From positions 1-63,916 of the forward strand of contig CAYUFB010000003.1 in the NCBI GenBank assembly GCA_964444125.1: 63,916 bases of DNA, read 5' to 3'. A model generated the notes under the pieces. The model did no database searches. It had not been told where the DNA came from and saw only the letters and a program-made list of their open reading frames with translations. Both the position numbers and the translations under genes were made by a program. Shown in pieces: positions 28,281-38,543 of the stretch. The stretch's first letter is position 1. Each line of letters opens with the position of its first letter. Source of the stretch: an uncultured Candidatus Saccharibacteria bacterium. GTDB taxonomy: Bacteria; Patescibacteriota; Dojkabacteria; B142; JAFGMG01.

Positions 28281-29459
28281 TTATAATTGTTGACCATTGT
28301 GTGTCACAACAGAAATCCTGTTGGCGCTAGTTTTAGCGGCGATTGATACCCAGATTTGACCACGGTTGATTTCAATTTCTTTGCCAGTTTCGTCGTAGTA
28401 TCTAGTTCGTGTCTTTCTATCAGATTTTTGCCAATAGCCCTTGATCATCTGGCCATCTTGAAAAATATAAACATCATCTTTGCCAATCATATCCAAGATA
28501 ATTCTAGAATGCCCGTCTCTGGCATCACGATAGTCATGGAATTCAACAACGACAACTTTTGGAGCAATCCTCGAATTATCTAATGCATCAATATCTGCTT
28601 TGCCTCCTATTGTTCTAAGGTAGCTATTTGATTCTTTGTCATAATTAAATTCTGCGTGATACTGTGATCCTGCCAAACTTGAATACTGTATCTTTATATT
28701 CGAATTGTCTCCTCTATTTTCTAATTCTTCCTCATTTTTGAATAATAATGGCTTGATATCGCTGGTTTCTTTCCATTTGAGTCTCTCGATCTCTTTGTTT
28801 ATCAAATCAAATCCTGTCATCAAAGAGTGAACATAACCTGCTGATTTAATTCTATCTGGATCTCTATATCTACTTCCAGCTGTCTGCATGCTGTTGATTC
28901 CCCATTGGGATATGTGCAACAAGGTATTTGTCTCAGGGACGGCTTTTTCTTGAGGGGGATAACTTGCCTGTCCTTCGTGTACAAAAACCGGATCGTCAAA
29001 ACCTAAAAAATATTCAAGCATATAGCTTCTGGCACTTCTTATTGGACCCACCTTTGGTACTTGTTGATCGGCGTAATAATACGCGTTATATCTTGTGATA
29101 CCTCCTTCGGCTAGGACTTCAAGAATTAAATCAGCACGTGATAGTCCAAATTGAGGTCTTGAATCAGAATGATTATTTAATGATATTACTACTAATTTTC
29201 GATTTATCATTTCATCAAGTTGGCTTTTGGTTACAAAAACTCCGTTGACAGGGTTTTCCCTATCTCTTATCTCCGGAATCTCAGGCAAAGCTGCTTTGGT
29301 TTTGGCTTTGAGTGTATCAATTGTTTTGTTGATTTCAAAATATGGGAAATCTGACTTATCTTTTTGCACTATAAATACGTAGCTAGAGCTATAGACAGCA
29401 ATTATTGCAAGCAAGGAAAAAAGGATTTCTTTTTTGTATTTGATAAATGGCAGTCGCAT
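28281..29459 (-). CDS. DUF3048 (YerB-like) domain protein
   Basis: RPQFGLSRADL+LE...EGGITR, VGPIRSARSY. Confidence 0.88.
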   Translation of the reverse strand: MRLPFIKYKKEILFSLLAIIAVYSSSYVFIVQKDKSDFPYFEINKTIDTLKAKTKAALPEIPEIRDRENPVNGVFVTKSQLDEMINRKLVVISLNNHSDSRPQFGLSRADLILEVLAEGGITRYNAYYYADQQVPKVGPIRSARSYMLEYFLGFDDPVFVHEGQASYPPQEKAVPETNTLLHISQWGINSMQTAGSRYRDPDRIKSAGYVHSLMTGFDLINKEIERLKWKETSDIKPLLFKNEEELENRGDNSNIKIQYSSLAGSQYHAEFNYDKESNSYLRTIGGKADIDALDNSRIAPKVVVVEFHDYRDARDGHSRIILDMIGKDDVYIFQDGQMIKGYWQKSDRKTRTRYYDETGKEIEINRGQIWVSIAAKTSANRISVVTHNGQQL

Positions 29460-29478
29460 TATATTTCAGAATAATAAA

Positions 29479-31425
29479 TTATCCGTCTTTGGAAGCTAAT
29501 CCATAATCGTCATAGGGTTCAGCTCCAGACATATCGGCTTGAGTTTGTTTTTTTGCTTGTATATCTTCAATATCATCTCCTGCAACTGAAACAGGTGCAC
29601 TTGCTGTATCATCATCGGTTTTTAGCCAATCTGGAATATCGTCTTCTGTCAATTCGTCAAGATCATCGGAGTCTGTTTTTGTTTCCTCTTGGGTAGTAGT
29701 TTCTGCTGGTACTTGATTAACCTCTACTGTTTGACTAACTGTATCTGGTGTTGCGACTGGTTCAACAACATTCTGTGGCTGTGTTGTATCAGCTAGTTCG
29801 GTTTCTTGTATAACGTAGTCATTTTCGTCAAAGGTCAATTCGTCATCTGCAACTGGTGTAGTCTCTGTTGTAACCGGTGTTTGGTAATAATTAGTTGTGA
29901 TATCTGTTGTTGGATCAAGCTCTGTGCTTGTATCTTCGAGATAATAATCTTCTTGATTGTAATCATCATCGTTTCTTCTTTTCCACAAAGTGTATAATAA
30001 CCAAGGGATAAGAATCAAAAGAAGAGCTAGACAACAGATTATCCCTAGTATCAATGCTGTTGATAAGCTGCTTTCACCTTCTTTTTGTGAATTACCGGTG
30101 CTTTTATCAAGTGTGAAGTGCCAGGTTTGATCTGCTTTTTGATCTTTTGAATCAGTTACTTCAAGATAGAGTTTGTGCTTGCCTTCGTTTATCTCTGTAT
30201 TAGAAACGTCGCAGATAAGCTTGTTATCTTCCAGTCTACAAGTATCTGAGATATCCTGATTGTTGAGTTTAAGGATTATATTTTCTATTGATATTGATGC
30301 ACCTTGTGATGGAATAATAATTGCTGAGATTTCTTTGATCTCTCTGATAATTGAATCCGGCTCAGGAGAAAGGGATTTCAATCCGACTGCACTTTCTTTC
30401 TGGCCATCTTCACTTGATACTATAGAAAATTCTTCGGAAATGCTCTCAAAATATGAACCGGCCTCGTCTTGTACAACGGCTTTGACAAAATAGTTGTCAG
30501 TTGAGATTCCTGAGACATCCCATATGTATTCTTTTGTGTTGATGGTAGGTTTCGCTATCGAAATCCATTTTGCACCATCTGAAGAATAGAATAATCCAAT
30601 ATCTTTGACCTCTGATATGTTTTTTATTTCCCATCTAATAATATTATTGGTTCCACTAAAAATTGAATCTTTATTGGGTTCAAGCACTTTGATACTGGTC
30701 AATTCCTTTGTCGGAGCTTCAACAACAGTAATTGTAATCGATTGGGTAGCTTTGGCTCCTCTTGAGTCTGTTACAACGACTAAAAATGAATACACTCCAG
30801 GTTGATCCAGTGTGCCATTTGTACTGATTGCTCCAGTTTGGTTATTTATTAGTAAAAATCCTGGCGCGTTTTGTAAAGAAAACGTAATAGGGTCTCCATC
30901 AGGGTCAGTTGCAGTGACGTTGTAACCGTATGTTTGGCCAACGAGATAAGTATTGTTTGGAGATGTTGATGTTATTTGTGGTGCTCTATTGACTTGATCA
31001 GCAAGAGTTATTGGTCTTGCATCACAGACAGCATAATCACTTTGTCCATTATTTGAAAATGTGACACATACTTTGAAACAATAATTGCCATTTGGAATTG
31101 ATGCAAGATCGAGAATGGGACCGTCGGTGTTCCAGGTTACTGAATATATGCTGTTTGTAGATTTGATAGAATGATTATTGGCTACAATAGTTCCAACCTT
31201 GTTGATGCAGTTTGTCTGAAATAGCGCTACTTCATAAGGTGGTGTGGGATTTTCGTCATCGACAAGTCTAAATGAAATCTGAGATATACCAGATAATGTA
31301 CTTGATGCACGTGGCAAATTGATAGTAAGTTCATCTCCACTATCTGCTAATGGTGCTGCTAAGGCAAACGCAAAGGTGTTAAATAATAAAAGGCTTGTTA
31401 ATAAAATAAATTTAAGGTTTTTCAT
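29479..31425 (-). CDS. Type I membrane surface protein with putative Ig/cadherin-like domains and long acidic cytoplasmic tail
   Basis: Signal peptide; NRAPQITS...ATDPDGDPITFSL..AP..L.IN..TG.I; TM ending WKRR; D/E/T-rich tail. Confidence 0.85.
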   Translation of the reverse strand: MKNLKFILLTSLLLFNTFAFALAAPLADSGDELTINLPRASSTLSGISQISFRLVDDENPTPPYEVALFQTNCINKVGTIVANNHSIKSTNSIYSVTWNTDGPILDLASIPNGNYCFKVCVTFSNNGQSDYAVCDARPITLADQVNRAPQITSTSPNNTYLVGQTYGYNVTATDPDGDPITFSLQNAPGFLLINNQTGAISTNGTLDQPGVYSFLVVVTDSRGAKATQSITITVVEAPTKELTSIKVLEPNKDSIFSGTNNIIRWEIKNISEVKDIGLFYSSDGAKWISIAKPTINTKEYIWDVSGISTDNYFVKAVVQDEAGSYFESISEEFSIVSSEDGQKESAVGLKSLSPEPDSIIREIKEISAIIIPSQGASISIENIILKLNNQDISDTCRLEDNKLICDVSNTEINEGKHKLYLEVTDSKDQKADQTWHFTLDKSTGNSQKEGESSLSTALILGIICCLALLLILIPWLLYTLWKRRNDDDYNQEDYYLEDTSTELDPTTDITTNYYQTPVTTETTPVADDELTFDENDYVIQETELADTTQPQNVVEPVATPDTVSQTVEVNQVPAETTTQEETKTDSDDLDELTEDDIPDWLKTDDDTASAPVSVAGDDIEDIQAKKQTQADMSGAEPYDDYGLASKDG

Positions 31426-31490
31426 TACTAGTTATTTAGATAGACTAAGTATACAATATCATTTGTGATTTATACAGTAAGATGTTTGTT

Positions 31491-34400
31491 TTACTTGCAT
31501 GTTCCAACTAAGCTTGTCTTAGATATTGATCCATAAGTTTCAAGATTTCTGGCTGGCTTTGTTATGTTTATAAATATATTGTGCTCTGTTTCTATTGTGT
31601 AGTAATTATTAATTTTTTCTATGGATGTGATTGTCGATTTGTTTGGGTTATATATTGCATATTCGGAATTTTCAAGACAGTTGATAGTTACTTTTTCATA
31701 TGAATTATCTGCCTTTTCGTCAATCCCCAATACCATTGCTTGTGTCGGGTTTTCAATTGACTTTTGAGCGGTAACTTGATGGGATTGAGTAGTCTTGCTT
31801 GAATCATTATAGACCTCACTAAACTTGATTTCTGATAGATAACCTACTGAAAAAATTATCGACAATGTGAGGCCAAATGCTGCCATAGGGTCGAATTTGC
31901 CTGAAATGGATTTCAAGAAATCCAATATCGATTTCAAAAATGATAATAATCCAAATAATTGATTGCCTACGTTTATCTGACCAGTTAGTTTATCTATCCA
32001 TGAGCCAAAAATGGCGCCGAGGGTGGAACCAATTGTGCTAAATAATATCGTCCCAATCGGGCCTAAGAAGGCAGACCCAATAGCTACTCCTATAATACCT
32101 CCCACCATAGCACCTGCTACTACTCCGGTAGTTAATGAGAGTCCTAGCACCTGTGTAGCTATGATGAGCCCTAATCCCGCACCTAGTGCACTCGTGCCCA
32201 TCAGAAGTCTTGTACTAACTCCAGAAAAGGATAGAAGCATTTTTACATTATGAAGACTATCAAGTGCAGTACCTAAATTAGCCAACATGTGAAGGGGTTT
32301 TCTAAAATTTACCCATTCACCCACTAATCCTTTAATATCTAAATTTGACAAGAATTTCATCTGATTTGAAATCCAGGGAATTGAAGATAAAAGTCCAACT
32401 GATTCAAAGAACGGCATTGAAGCCAGTCTTGCCATCCACTGATTCTCCATAGCTTTGGCAACGATATTGTTTGTGACTCTATCAAGGATCAATCTCCCAG
32501 AATATGCTGTGCCAAAGCCAATTGCTGCTCCAAGAAGTGGATTGCCTAATGCCGTGCCTATTAGAGTCCCAATACCCATTCCATAAAATCCTGCATTAAG
32601 TGATCTGGATGCCGATGATATCCAATGTCTAGGGCCTCTAAATGTCGCAACTGCAGGTCCTTCCATTCTGACACTATTTAGATAGTGCTTTGTTCCAAGA
32701 TAGCCATATTTGCTTTGAAATCTTGCGATAAATTTAAATGGACTAGGCGATCTGGAAGCTAAAGTATCTGATAATAGTTGATTCGCTGTACCTAATAAGG
32801 TCATTGCTCCAGCAACGGGAATTGCAGCAGGCCCTAGCCCAATTGCGGCACCTACTAGACCCGATATCACACCGATTCTAGCTCCGGATCCAACAGCTCT
32901 AGCACCTGCTGTAAGACCATTGTATCCTCTTCTGGCTAACACAAAGCTTTTGCCTACTCTTCCATTCCACATTGCTGTTTTCATTCTAGAGAGTCTTTTC
33001 ATTCCTGTGTATGTATAGGCAGCATCTTTGGCAAATGAAACGGCATTCTTGATAGCATTGACTGCTCTGCCAACAGTAACTTCATATAATCCTCTAAGAG
33101 CAAGTAATGTTTGGCTTCTGGATTTTGATTTCTTTTTCCTTCGCTCATACTCTTCTCTTGTCGAAGTTCTATTGCGCAAGCTAAATCTGGTATTAAATCC
33201 GCGTTTTCTTTTTTCATAATCTCCAAAGCTTACATTAATATTTACCTTATTGGTTATAAAATTTGCAAAGCCTTGATCGACGTTGCTAAAGAAGGTGCGA
33301 ATTTGTCCGGGTTTTTGATTGACCCAGCCTCCAAATCTACTTGATGACCATTTGTCAACTCCAAATCGAACTGGAGCAAATAATCTGCTACCATATACTC
33401 TTCTAGCACCTTGTCTAGTTCCAGTTTTTAATTTGCCAAATCCGGCACTTGTCCACTCGGCTGCAGGTAACAATGTCTTGGCTGATAACGTAACTACAGC
33501 TTCTTTTCTTCTTTCATAGTACTTTTTTCGCATTCCTTCTATAATCTCAGAAGTCCTAAAGCTCATGGAGAAATCTTCCCAATTTTGATCACTGGCAAGT
33601 CTGTATAGTTTTTTGTTTTCCTCTGCTCCACGTTCTCTGTTTAGCGCTGTTATCTCACTAGCTTGATCGCGAATTTTTTGTGTATCGTCTGTGTCATTTA
33701 TGGTATCAATGAATTTATCTACTCTGTATTGCAATGTTCTAATTGCCCTGTCTGCATTTGGATCATCGCTATTGTATAGTGTAGCAAGCAGGTTCTTATA
33801 TCTTTGATTTATCTCTGCAGGAGTTAATGTCTCCGCATCATTTAAGTCCAGTGCCTTTAAAGGATTTGTCTCACTTAAGATCCTTCTTATTGCTCGTTTT
33901 TGCATAGAGCCTGTAACTGTATCTATTTCTTCTAAAACTTCACGTTTAAGTTTTTCACTTCTTGTTAAACTTATTGGCACATCAATACTTGCGAGATTTC
34001 TGACTTCTTCTGAAGCATTGTTAATAGCTTTTCTAAAAAACCTCTCCAATTCTCCAATTTGAGCTTCTTTTTCTACTATTTGAGCTTTTTTGTTACTAAA
34101 TGCTTCTCTCCAGTTTTGTTCTACCTTCGTATTTAGTACTTGAGATCTAAGTGCGTCGACTTCTCTTTTTAGTTTTTTGATCCTGTCTTGGGTTTCAATT
34201 ATGGCTAGATCTGTTTTGAGTTGTGGGATCGGCTCTATCTGGTTTAATATCTGTTCTTTCATGTCTCTATCTCTTGTACTTTCATATTGTCTCTGGAGTG
34301 CTTCACGTAGTTGAAGTTCTTTTTGTCTCTGATCTCTGATTGCCTTTAGCTTAAAGTCAGGGTTTGCCTCTCTTTCCTTTTTTTCTTTTTCTTCTCTTTC

Positions 34401-34964
34401 TTTTTGAGCTTCTTCAGTTTCTTTTGGTTTAGATTTAGGTTTGACAGCCGGTTCATTAGATTGATCCGAAGTCCCTTGTTGATTATCTTTTGGTTCAGTT
34501 GCCGGCTGCGTATCTTCATCAGGATTTTTCGTCACTCTCACATTTTGCTCTGCGGCTTTCTTTCTTTTTAGTTCTGCCTCGATTCTTTCTTTCTCTGCGA
34601 TCTCAGCAGCCAAAGCTTCAGCTTTTGCCTTGTCTTCATCGGGTACAACTGTTGGATCTTCTGGTACATCTTTCTCTAATTTCGAAATTGCTTCATCTAT
34701 TTGGGCTATTCTGGTATTAATTTCATCAAGTCTATCTTGTGCTTTTTTCAATAATTCCTTGCGCTTATCTATCTCTCCTTCGGAATAGGTTTCATTAACT
34801 TGACTTAGTTCTTCTTCTCTTTGTTTTAGCTTCCTTACTGCATCCTTATATTCATATGAATCGAGAATGTTTTTTTTCTGACTTTCTAAACGTGAGAGTG
34901 TAACGCTACTGATAGGTTTTGCTACAAATTTACTTCCTGTGTTTTGAGGATTCGGTGCTGCCAT
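31491..34964 (-). CDS. Large hypothetical protein: coiled coil, Gly-rich hydrophobic helices, degenerate M23-like C-terminal domain
   Basis: ~1157 aa. ATG at 34964 lies 1 nt after the upstream stop (the ORF track starts at TTG 34973). Confidence 0.8.
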   Translation of the reverse strand: MAAPNPQNTGSKFVAKPISSVTLSRLESQKKNILDSYEYKDAVRKLKQREEELSQVNETYSEGEIDKRKELLKKAQDRLDEINTRIAQIDEAISKLEKDVPEDPTVVPDEDKAKAEALAAEIAEKERIEAELKRKKAAEQNVRVTKNPDEDTQPATEPKDNQQGTSDQSNEPAVKPKSKPKETEEAQKEREEKEKKEREANPDFKLKAIRDQRQKELQLREALQRQYESTRDRDMKEQILNQIEPIPQLKTDLAIIETQDRIKKLKREVDALRSQVLNTKVEQNWREAFSNKKAQIVEKEAQIGELERFFRKAINNASEEVRNLASIDVPISLTRSEKLKREVLEEIDTVTGSMQKRAIRRILSETNPLKALDLNDAETLTPAEINQRYKNLLATLYNSDDPNADRAIRTLQYRVDKFIDTINDTDDTQKIRDQASEITALNRERGAEENKKLYRLASDQNWEDFSMSFRTSEIIEGMRKKYYERRKEAVVTLSAKTLLPAAEWTSAGFGKLKTGTRQGARRVYGSRLFAPVRFGVDKWSSSRFGGWVNQKPGQIRTFFSNVDQGFANFITNKVNINVSFGDYEKRKRGFNTRFSLRNRTSTREEYERRKKKSKSRSQTLLALRGLYEVTVGRAVNAIKNAVSFAKDAAYTYTGMKRLSRMKTAMWNGRVGKSFVLARRGYNGLTAGARAVGSGARIGVISGLVGAAIGLGPAAIPVAGAMTLLGTANQLLSDTLASRSPSPFKFIARFQSKYGYLGTKHYLNSVRMEGPAVATFRGPRHWISSASRSLNAGFYGMGIGTLIGTALGNPLLGAAIGFGTAYSGRLILDRVTNNIVAKAMENQWMARLASMPFFESVGLLSSIPWISNQMKFLSNLDIKGLVGEWVNFRKPLHMLANLGTALDSLHNVKMLLSFSGVSTRLLMGTSALGAGLGLIIATQVLGLSLTTGVVAGAMVGGIIGVAIGSAFLGPIGTILFSTIGSTLGAIFGSWIDKLTGQINVGNQLFGLLSFLKSILDFLKSISGKFDPMAAFGLTLSIIFSVGYLSEIKFSEVYNDSSKTTQSHQVTAQKSIENPTQAMVLGIDEKADNSYEKVTINCLENSEYAIYNPNKSTITSIEKINNYYTIETEHNIFINITKPARNLETYGSISKTSLVGTCK

Positions 34965-34965
34965 A

Positions 34966-36159
34966 TTAAACAATCATCAACCCAGGTTTGAGCCCATGAG
35001 TTGCCATAATAATTAAATCTGTCGTGCTTTCTGTTGATAATTTCACTTGATAATATTCTGTGATAGTATCAAGCACATTGCCGATTTCATCAATAGGATT
35101 TACGGTCACTGTGTATTCGTTGTTTACTGCCAGTTTCTCTAGTCTGTCTGCTTCTCGAATTGTTATATAATAAGGATCACGAGGTGTGATCTTACCTTCC
35201 AGGATCATTTTTGATAATTTCTGTAATATGTGACTATAGAAATCTTTTAGTGTCTCAGGCTTTAAATAATCACGTGCATACCTTAATTGTGTGAGGATAT
35301 CTAGAATAAAAATATCAAGAGGGATAATTTCGTCTGCTCTATAAATTAGTAATTCTTCAAGTTTCTTGTCTTTGGCTTGTCTTTTTAGAAAATCTAGAGA
35401 GTTCTTCCTAGCTTCATCTACTGGAATCCCTTTGAATATTTGATCTATGGTAAATAAATACATACTGTCATAAATAACTTGAAGGATCTGAAATCCAATC
35501 TCCTTGATCTCTTTTTCGTGATTGATCGCAAAAAATGCCCAACTAGGAAAATTTATTAGTTCATTATAATAATATCCACCAATTGATTCTAATATGCTAT
35601 ATGTTGCTATCCGAGAAGCTATCAAGTGATACTTGGCTTCGAACTCTTTCGTTGCTTGCATGTCAAAAAAGCCCTTTTCGTCAATTATTAATTCGTATGG
35701 CATATCAATTGTGACTGTTTCTTTGAGTTGTGTTTCACTCTCACGTTCGATTTGAAGCTTCACTTTGTTTTCTTCAGTCATTTCGGGCAGGAAAAATTCC
35801 AGTGAATAAATTGAAAACTCTGGAAGAGATAAATGCCATCTGTATTGTTGCACCCTGTGTTGAGCGTATAGAAAGTTGTATACGACCAAATCAAGATTAT
35901 TCTTTTCAAATTCTAATAGAGCTGGTGGTGGGTAATTGAATACCGGATTTTTGACTGTATCGATATACTCATTCATCAATTTCTTAATCTGTGGATCTTT
36001 TAGAGATTTTTGAATATGTTTTTCAATTTCTTGGACCTTTGGGAGGAAATCTCCATCAAGTGATTCTGGCAACACGAAAACAAAGCCATTAGATTTCAGC
36101 TTTTTGTATAATTGATCTTCAATTTCATTGATTTTTTGATCGATTTTCTCATCATACAT
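34966..36159 (-). CDS. Hypothetical soluble protein (397 aa)
   Basis: Long ORF tightly packed in the operon; no motif recognised. Confidence 0.8.
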   Translation of the reverse strand: MYDEKIDQKINEIEDQLYKKLKSNGFVFVLPESLDGDFLPKVQEIEKHIQKSLKDPQIKKLMNEYIDTVKNPVFNYPPPALLEFEKNNLDLVVYNFLYAQHRVQQYRWHLSLPEFSIYSLEFFLPEMTEENKVKLQIERESETQLKETVTIDMPYELIIDEKGFFDMQATKEFEAKYHLIASRIATYSILESIGGYYYNELINFPSWAFFAINHEKEIKEIGFQILQVIYDSMYLFTIDQIFKGIPVDEARKNSLDFLKRQAKDKKLEELLIYRADEIIPLDIFILDILTQLRYARDYLKPETLKDFYSHILQKLSKMILEGKITPRDPYYITIREADRLEKLAVNNEYTVTVNPIDEIGNVLDTITEYYQVKLSTESTTDLIIMATHGLKPGLMIV

Positions 36160-36171
36160 ATTTATCTTTCA

Positions 36172-37848
36172 TCATTTCGAAGGTTTCTTGGGACCAAATG
36201 GTTGAGTGAATTTACCTACAACAGCAGATGCTCCACCAAATCCACCTGCCAAACCAGTTGGCAATCCCATAAATGGAGCACCACCAACAAGAGCTCTTGT
36301 AGTTCTCTGGCCTGGGGTCAATCTATCTGCATACGCCGGCAATACATTAAGCGCTTGATCAAGTGCATCGGGTATGACTGGAGTCGTCATGAATAACCCA
36401 AAAGCCAAAATCATTTGTACAACACTAATTTGACTTGTTTCTGTGCTATCGAGCACCGCACTGGAATATCCTAATAATGGCGGTAAAAATTTCAATCCAT
36501 TCATAAATTCAGTATGGTGGGTGATGACTATCATAAGCAAAAATACTGCATATACTGCTACAAATGAAAGTGATGCTGATAAAAGAGTCTTGAAATATCC
36601 AAATATAGCTTTGGCACCTTGTCCGGGGATTGCTACTGTAAGCATAATAAATGGTGATATTATGGGATAAAGAACCAATACAAGGTACTTGGTCAAGAAT
36701 TTCAAAAACAGCTTGACTGAGGTAGACAACGCGGCAATTGCAAACATAAGCTGGATAAACACACCGGTAAATCCATTGTCTAACATACCAGTCAATACTT
36801 TTGTGACTACTCCTCCTAAGACATTGGTCTGAGGTATGACAGATTTTGTATCAGCGTTGATTATATCTACATTTGATGTGATAAATATCTCCCATGCACT
36901 CATGGCAGGATCGTCTATTTGAAGATGGTTTCTAGCAGGGTCTTCTTCAGTGCCAAATGTACCCCCAAATTCTTTGACATTTTTAATTTCAAAGCCAAAC
37001 TTATCAAGTGTCGTTGGTGCCCATACGTCTTTGTACCCAGGTGACCAGGAATTTTGGACGAGAACTTGTTGGACCAGATTTGATCCAACTGTGATCATAT
37101 CTATGGCAAGTCCGGATAGCGGATAGCTCAAAGTGATCATAATCAATGCTACAATGATATTTGGGATAGAATTGGCTATTGTAACTTGAGTTTGACCACC
37201 AAGGTTGCTTCTAAATGCTACCATGAAAGCAATTATGATTATGATCAAAATCAAGGCGAGATAAGCAATATTTCTAGTAATTGTCCAAAAAGCCTGAATT
37301 GGCTTAAGGATATTGTATCCAAGTCCAGGATAGTATATCCACGATGCTTCTCCTTCTGTCTGGGCATGAGCTACATGTCCTGTAGTGATTTTTTCCCATT
37401 CTTGTTGTGCGTATACTATGCCACTTGCAGGTGGATTGTGATACATCTGCTGATTGAATGACATGACAGTATCAAGTGCCCCTGGTTGATTGATGTATAA
37501 ATACTGGCCACTTGCTGATGTCAGAGGCTCCCCAGTTTCGCTATCTCTAATCAATAATGGTTGTGGAATTATTTCGTTTTTTAATCCAGAAAGTAAAGCA
37601 CTAATCATATTGCCATCGACGCTTTTAGTAAGCTCTTGTGTGTTTTTATCATAATATACGGATCCATCTCCGGATATATATGTTTTTGCCGCACTATCCG
37701 TACTTTCGTTATTAATAAGATATATATTCCCATCTACATCTTGGATTCGAGTTTTGGCTGCTTGTGCGGGGCTTGTAAATAATGATGTGAATACCAAAAG
37801 TGTAAGTAGTGAAACTAATAATATTTTGGTTTTTGAAAATTTGGGCAT
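36172..37848 (-). CDS. VirB6/TrbL-like polytopic membrane protein (CPR secretion-locus type)
   Basis: Signal peptide, then W...RNIAY..L+L+++++AFM+.FR....Q..VT+.N.+P.I++AL++IT.SY.+.GL.ID and further TM helices, a pattern I associate with CPR VirB6-like proteins (recalled, not searched). Confidence 0.55.
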   Translation of the reverse strand: MPKFSKTKILLVSLLTLLVFTSLFTSPAQAAKTRIQDVDGNIYLINNESTDSAAKTYISGDGSVYYDKNTQELTKSVDGNMISALLSGLKNEIIPQPLLIRDSETGEPLTSASGQYLYINQPGALDTVMSFNQQMYHNPPASGIVYAQQEWEKITTGHVAHAQTEGEASWIYYPGLGYNILKPIQAFWTITRNIAYLALILIIIIIAFMVAFRSNLGGQTQVTIANSIPNIIVALIMITLSYPLSGLAIDMITVGSNLVQQVLVQNSWSPGYKDVWAPTTLDKFGFEIKNVKEFGGTFGTEEDPARNHLQIDDPAMSAWEIFITSNVDIINADTKSVIPQTNVLGGVVTKVLTGMLDNGFTGVFIQLMFAIAALSTSVKLFLKFLTKYLVLVLYPIISPFIMLTVAIPGQGAKAIFGYFKTLLSASLSFVAVYAVFLLMIVITHHTEFMNGLKFLPPLLGYSSAVLDSTETSQISVVQMILAFGLFMTTPVIPDALDQALNVLPAYADRLTPGQRTTRALVGGAPFMGLPTGLAGGFGGASAVVGKFTQPFGPKKPSK

Positions 37849-37931
37849 AATCTAGACAATTTTGATAATCTTCAGAGTCAGTATAGAAAGTTTAGAAAAA
37901 GATAGCAAGCAAGTAAGAAAGAAAATTTTGC

Positions 37932-38525
37932 TTAAAGACTTGATAAATTGACTGGGGGTGGGTTGATAGGTTTATCGTTATTGTTGTAGTCAAGAACTTG
38001 TGGCGGATTTTGACTTGTCGCCGTTTCAATCGTTGCTGATTGAGTTTGAGATTCACTGGGCGAAACTGCTGGTTGCTGGGGTTGGGTTTGCACGGACGTA
38101 TTGTCAGTTTTTTGTTTATTCTTTAGATCTTCAAGAACTTCTTTGTTAATTGATAAATCTGCCTGAACGTATTGTAATACGTCTAAAGCATCCTCTTCGT
38201 TTAGTTTATTTAGTGCCTGAGAAATAATTTTTTGATCATAGATATCTAATGCATCTTTTAATTTTTGTTCAAAACTTTTGCGATCTATTTCAGTGATGTT
38301 TTTTTGAATAATTTCGTAGGCAGTAGTAACATCTGTTAACTCTTCTATTTCGGTCATGACTGTAGATTTCTTTTCTTTAGGTATTGCACCATTTCTAAAT
38401 TGCTCTAAAAAAAACTCGTTAATTATTTCTAAACCACCTTCTAAATAATTTTCATAGTATTCCCTAAGCTCAGGCTCGCTTGAAGGTTTAAATAATTTAT
38501 TGATTATGCCAATATTTAAATTCAT
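37932..38525 (-). CDS. Small acidic helical hypothetical protein with Q/P/T-rich tail
   Basis: 197-aa ORF, E/D-rich. Confidence 0.8.
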   Translation of the reverse strand: MNLNIGIINKLFKPSSEPELREYYENYLEGGLEIINEFFLEQFRNGAIPKEKKSTVMTEIEELTDVTTAYEIIQKNITEIDRKSFEQKLKDALDIYDQKIISQALNKLNEEDALDVLQYVQADLSINKEVLEDLKNKQKTDNTSVQTQPQQPAVSPSESQTQSATIETATSQNPPQVLDYNNNDKPINPPPVNLSSL

Positions 38526-38543
38526 TTTATTTTATTGAAATAT

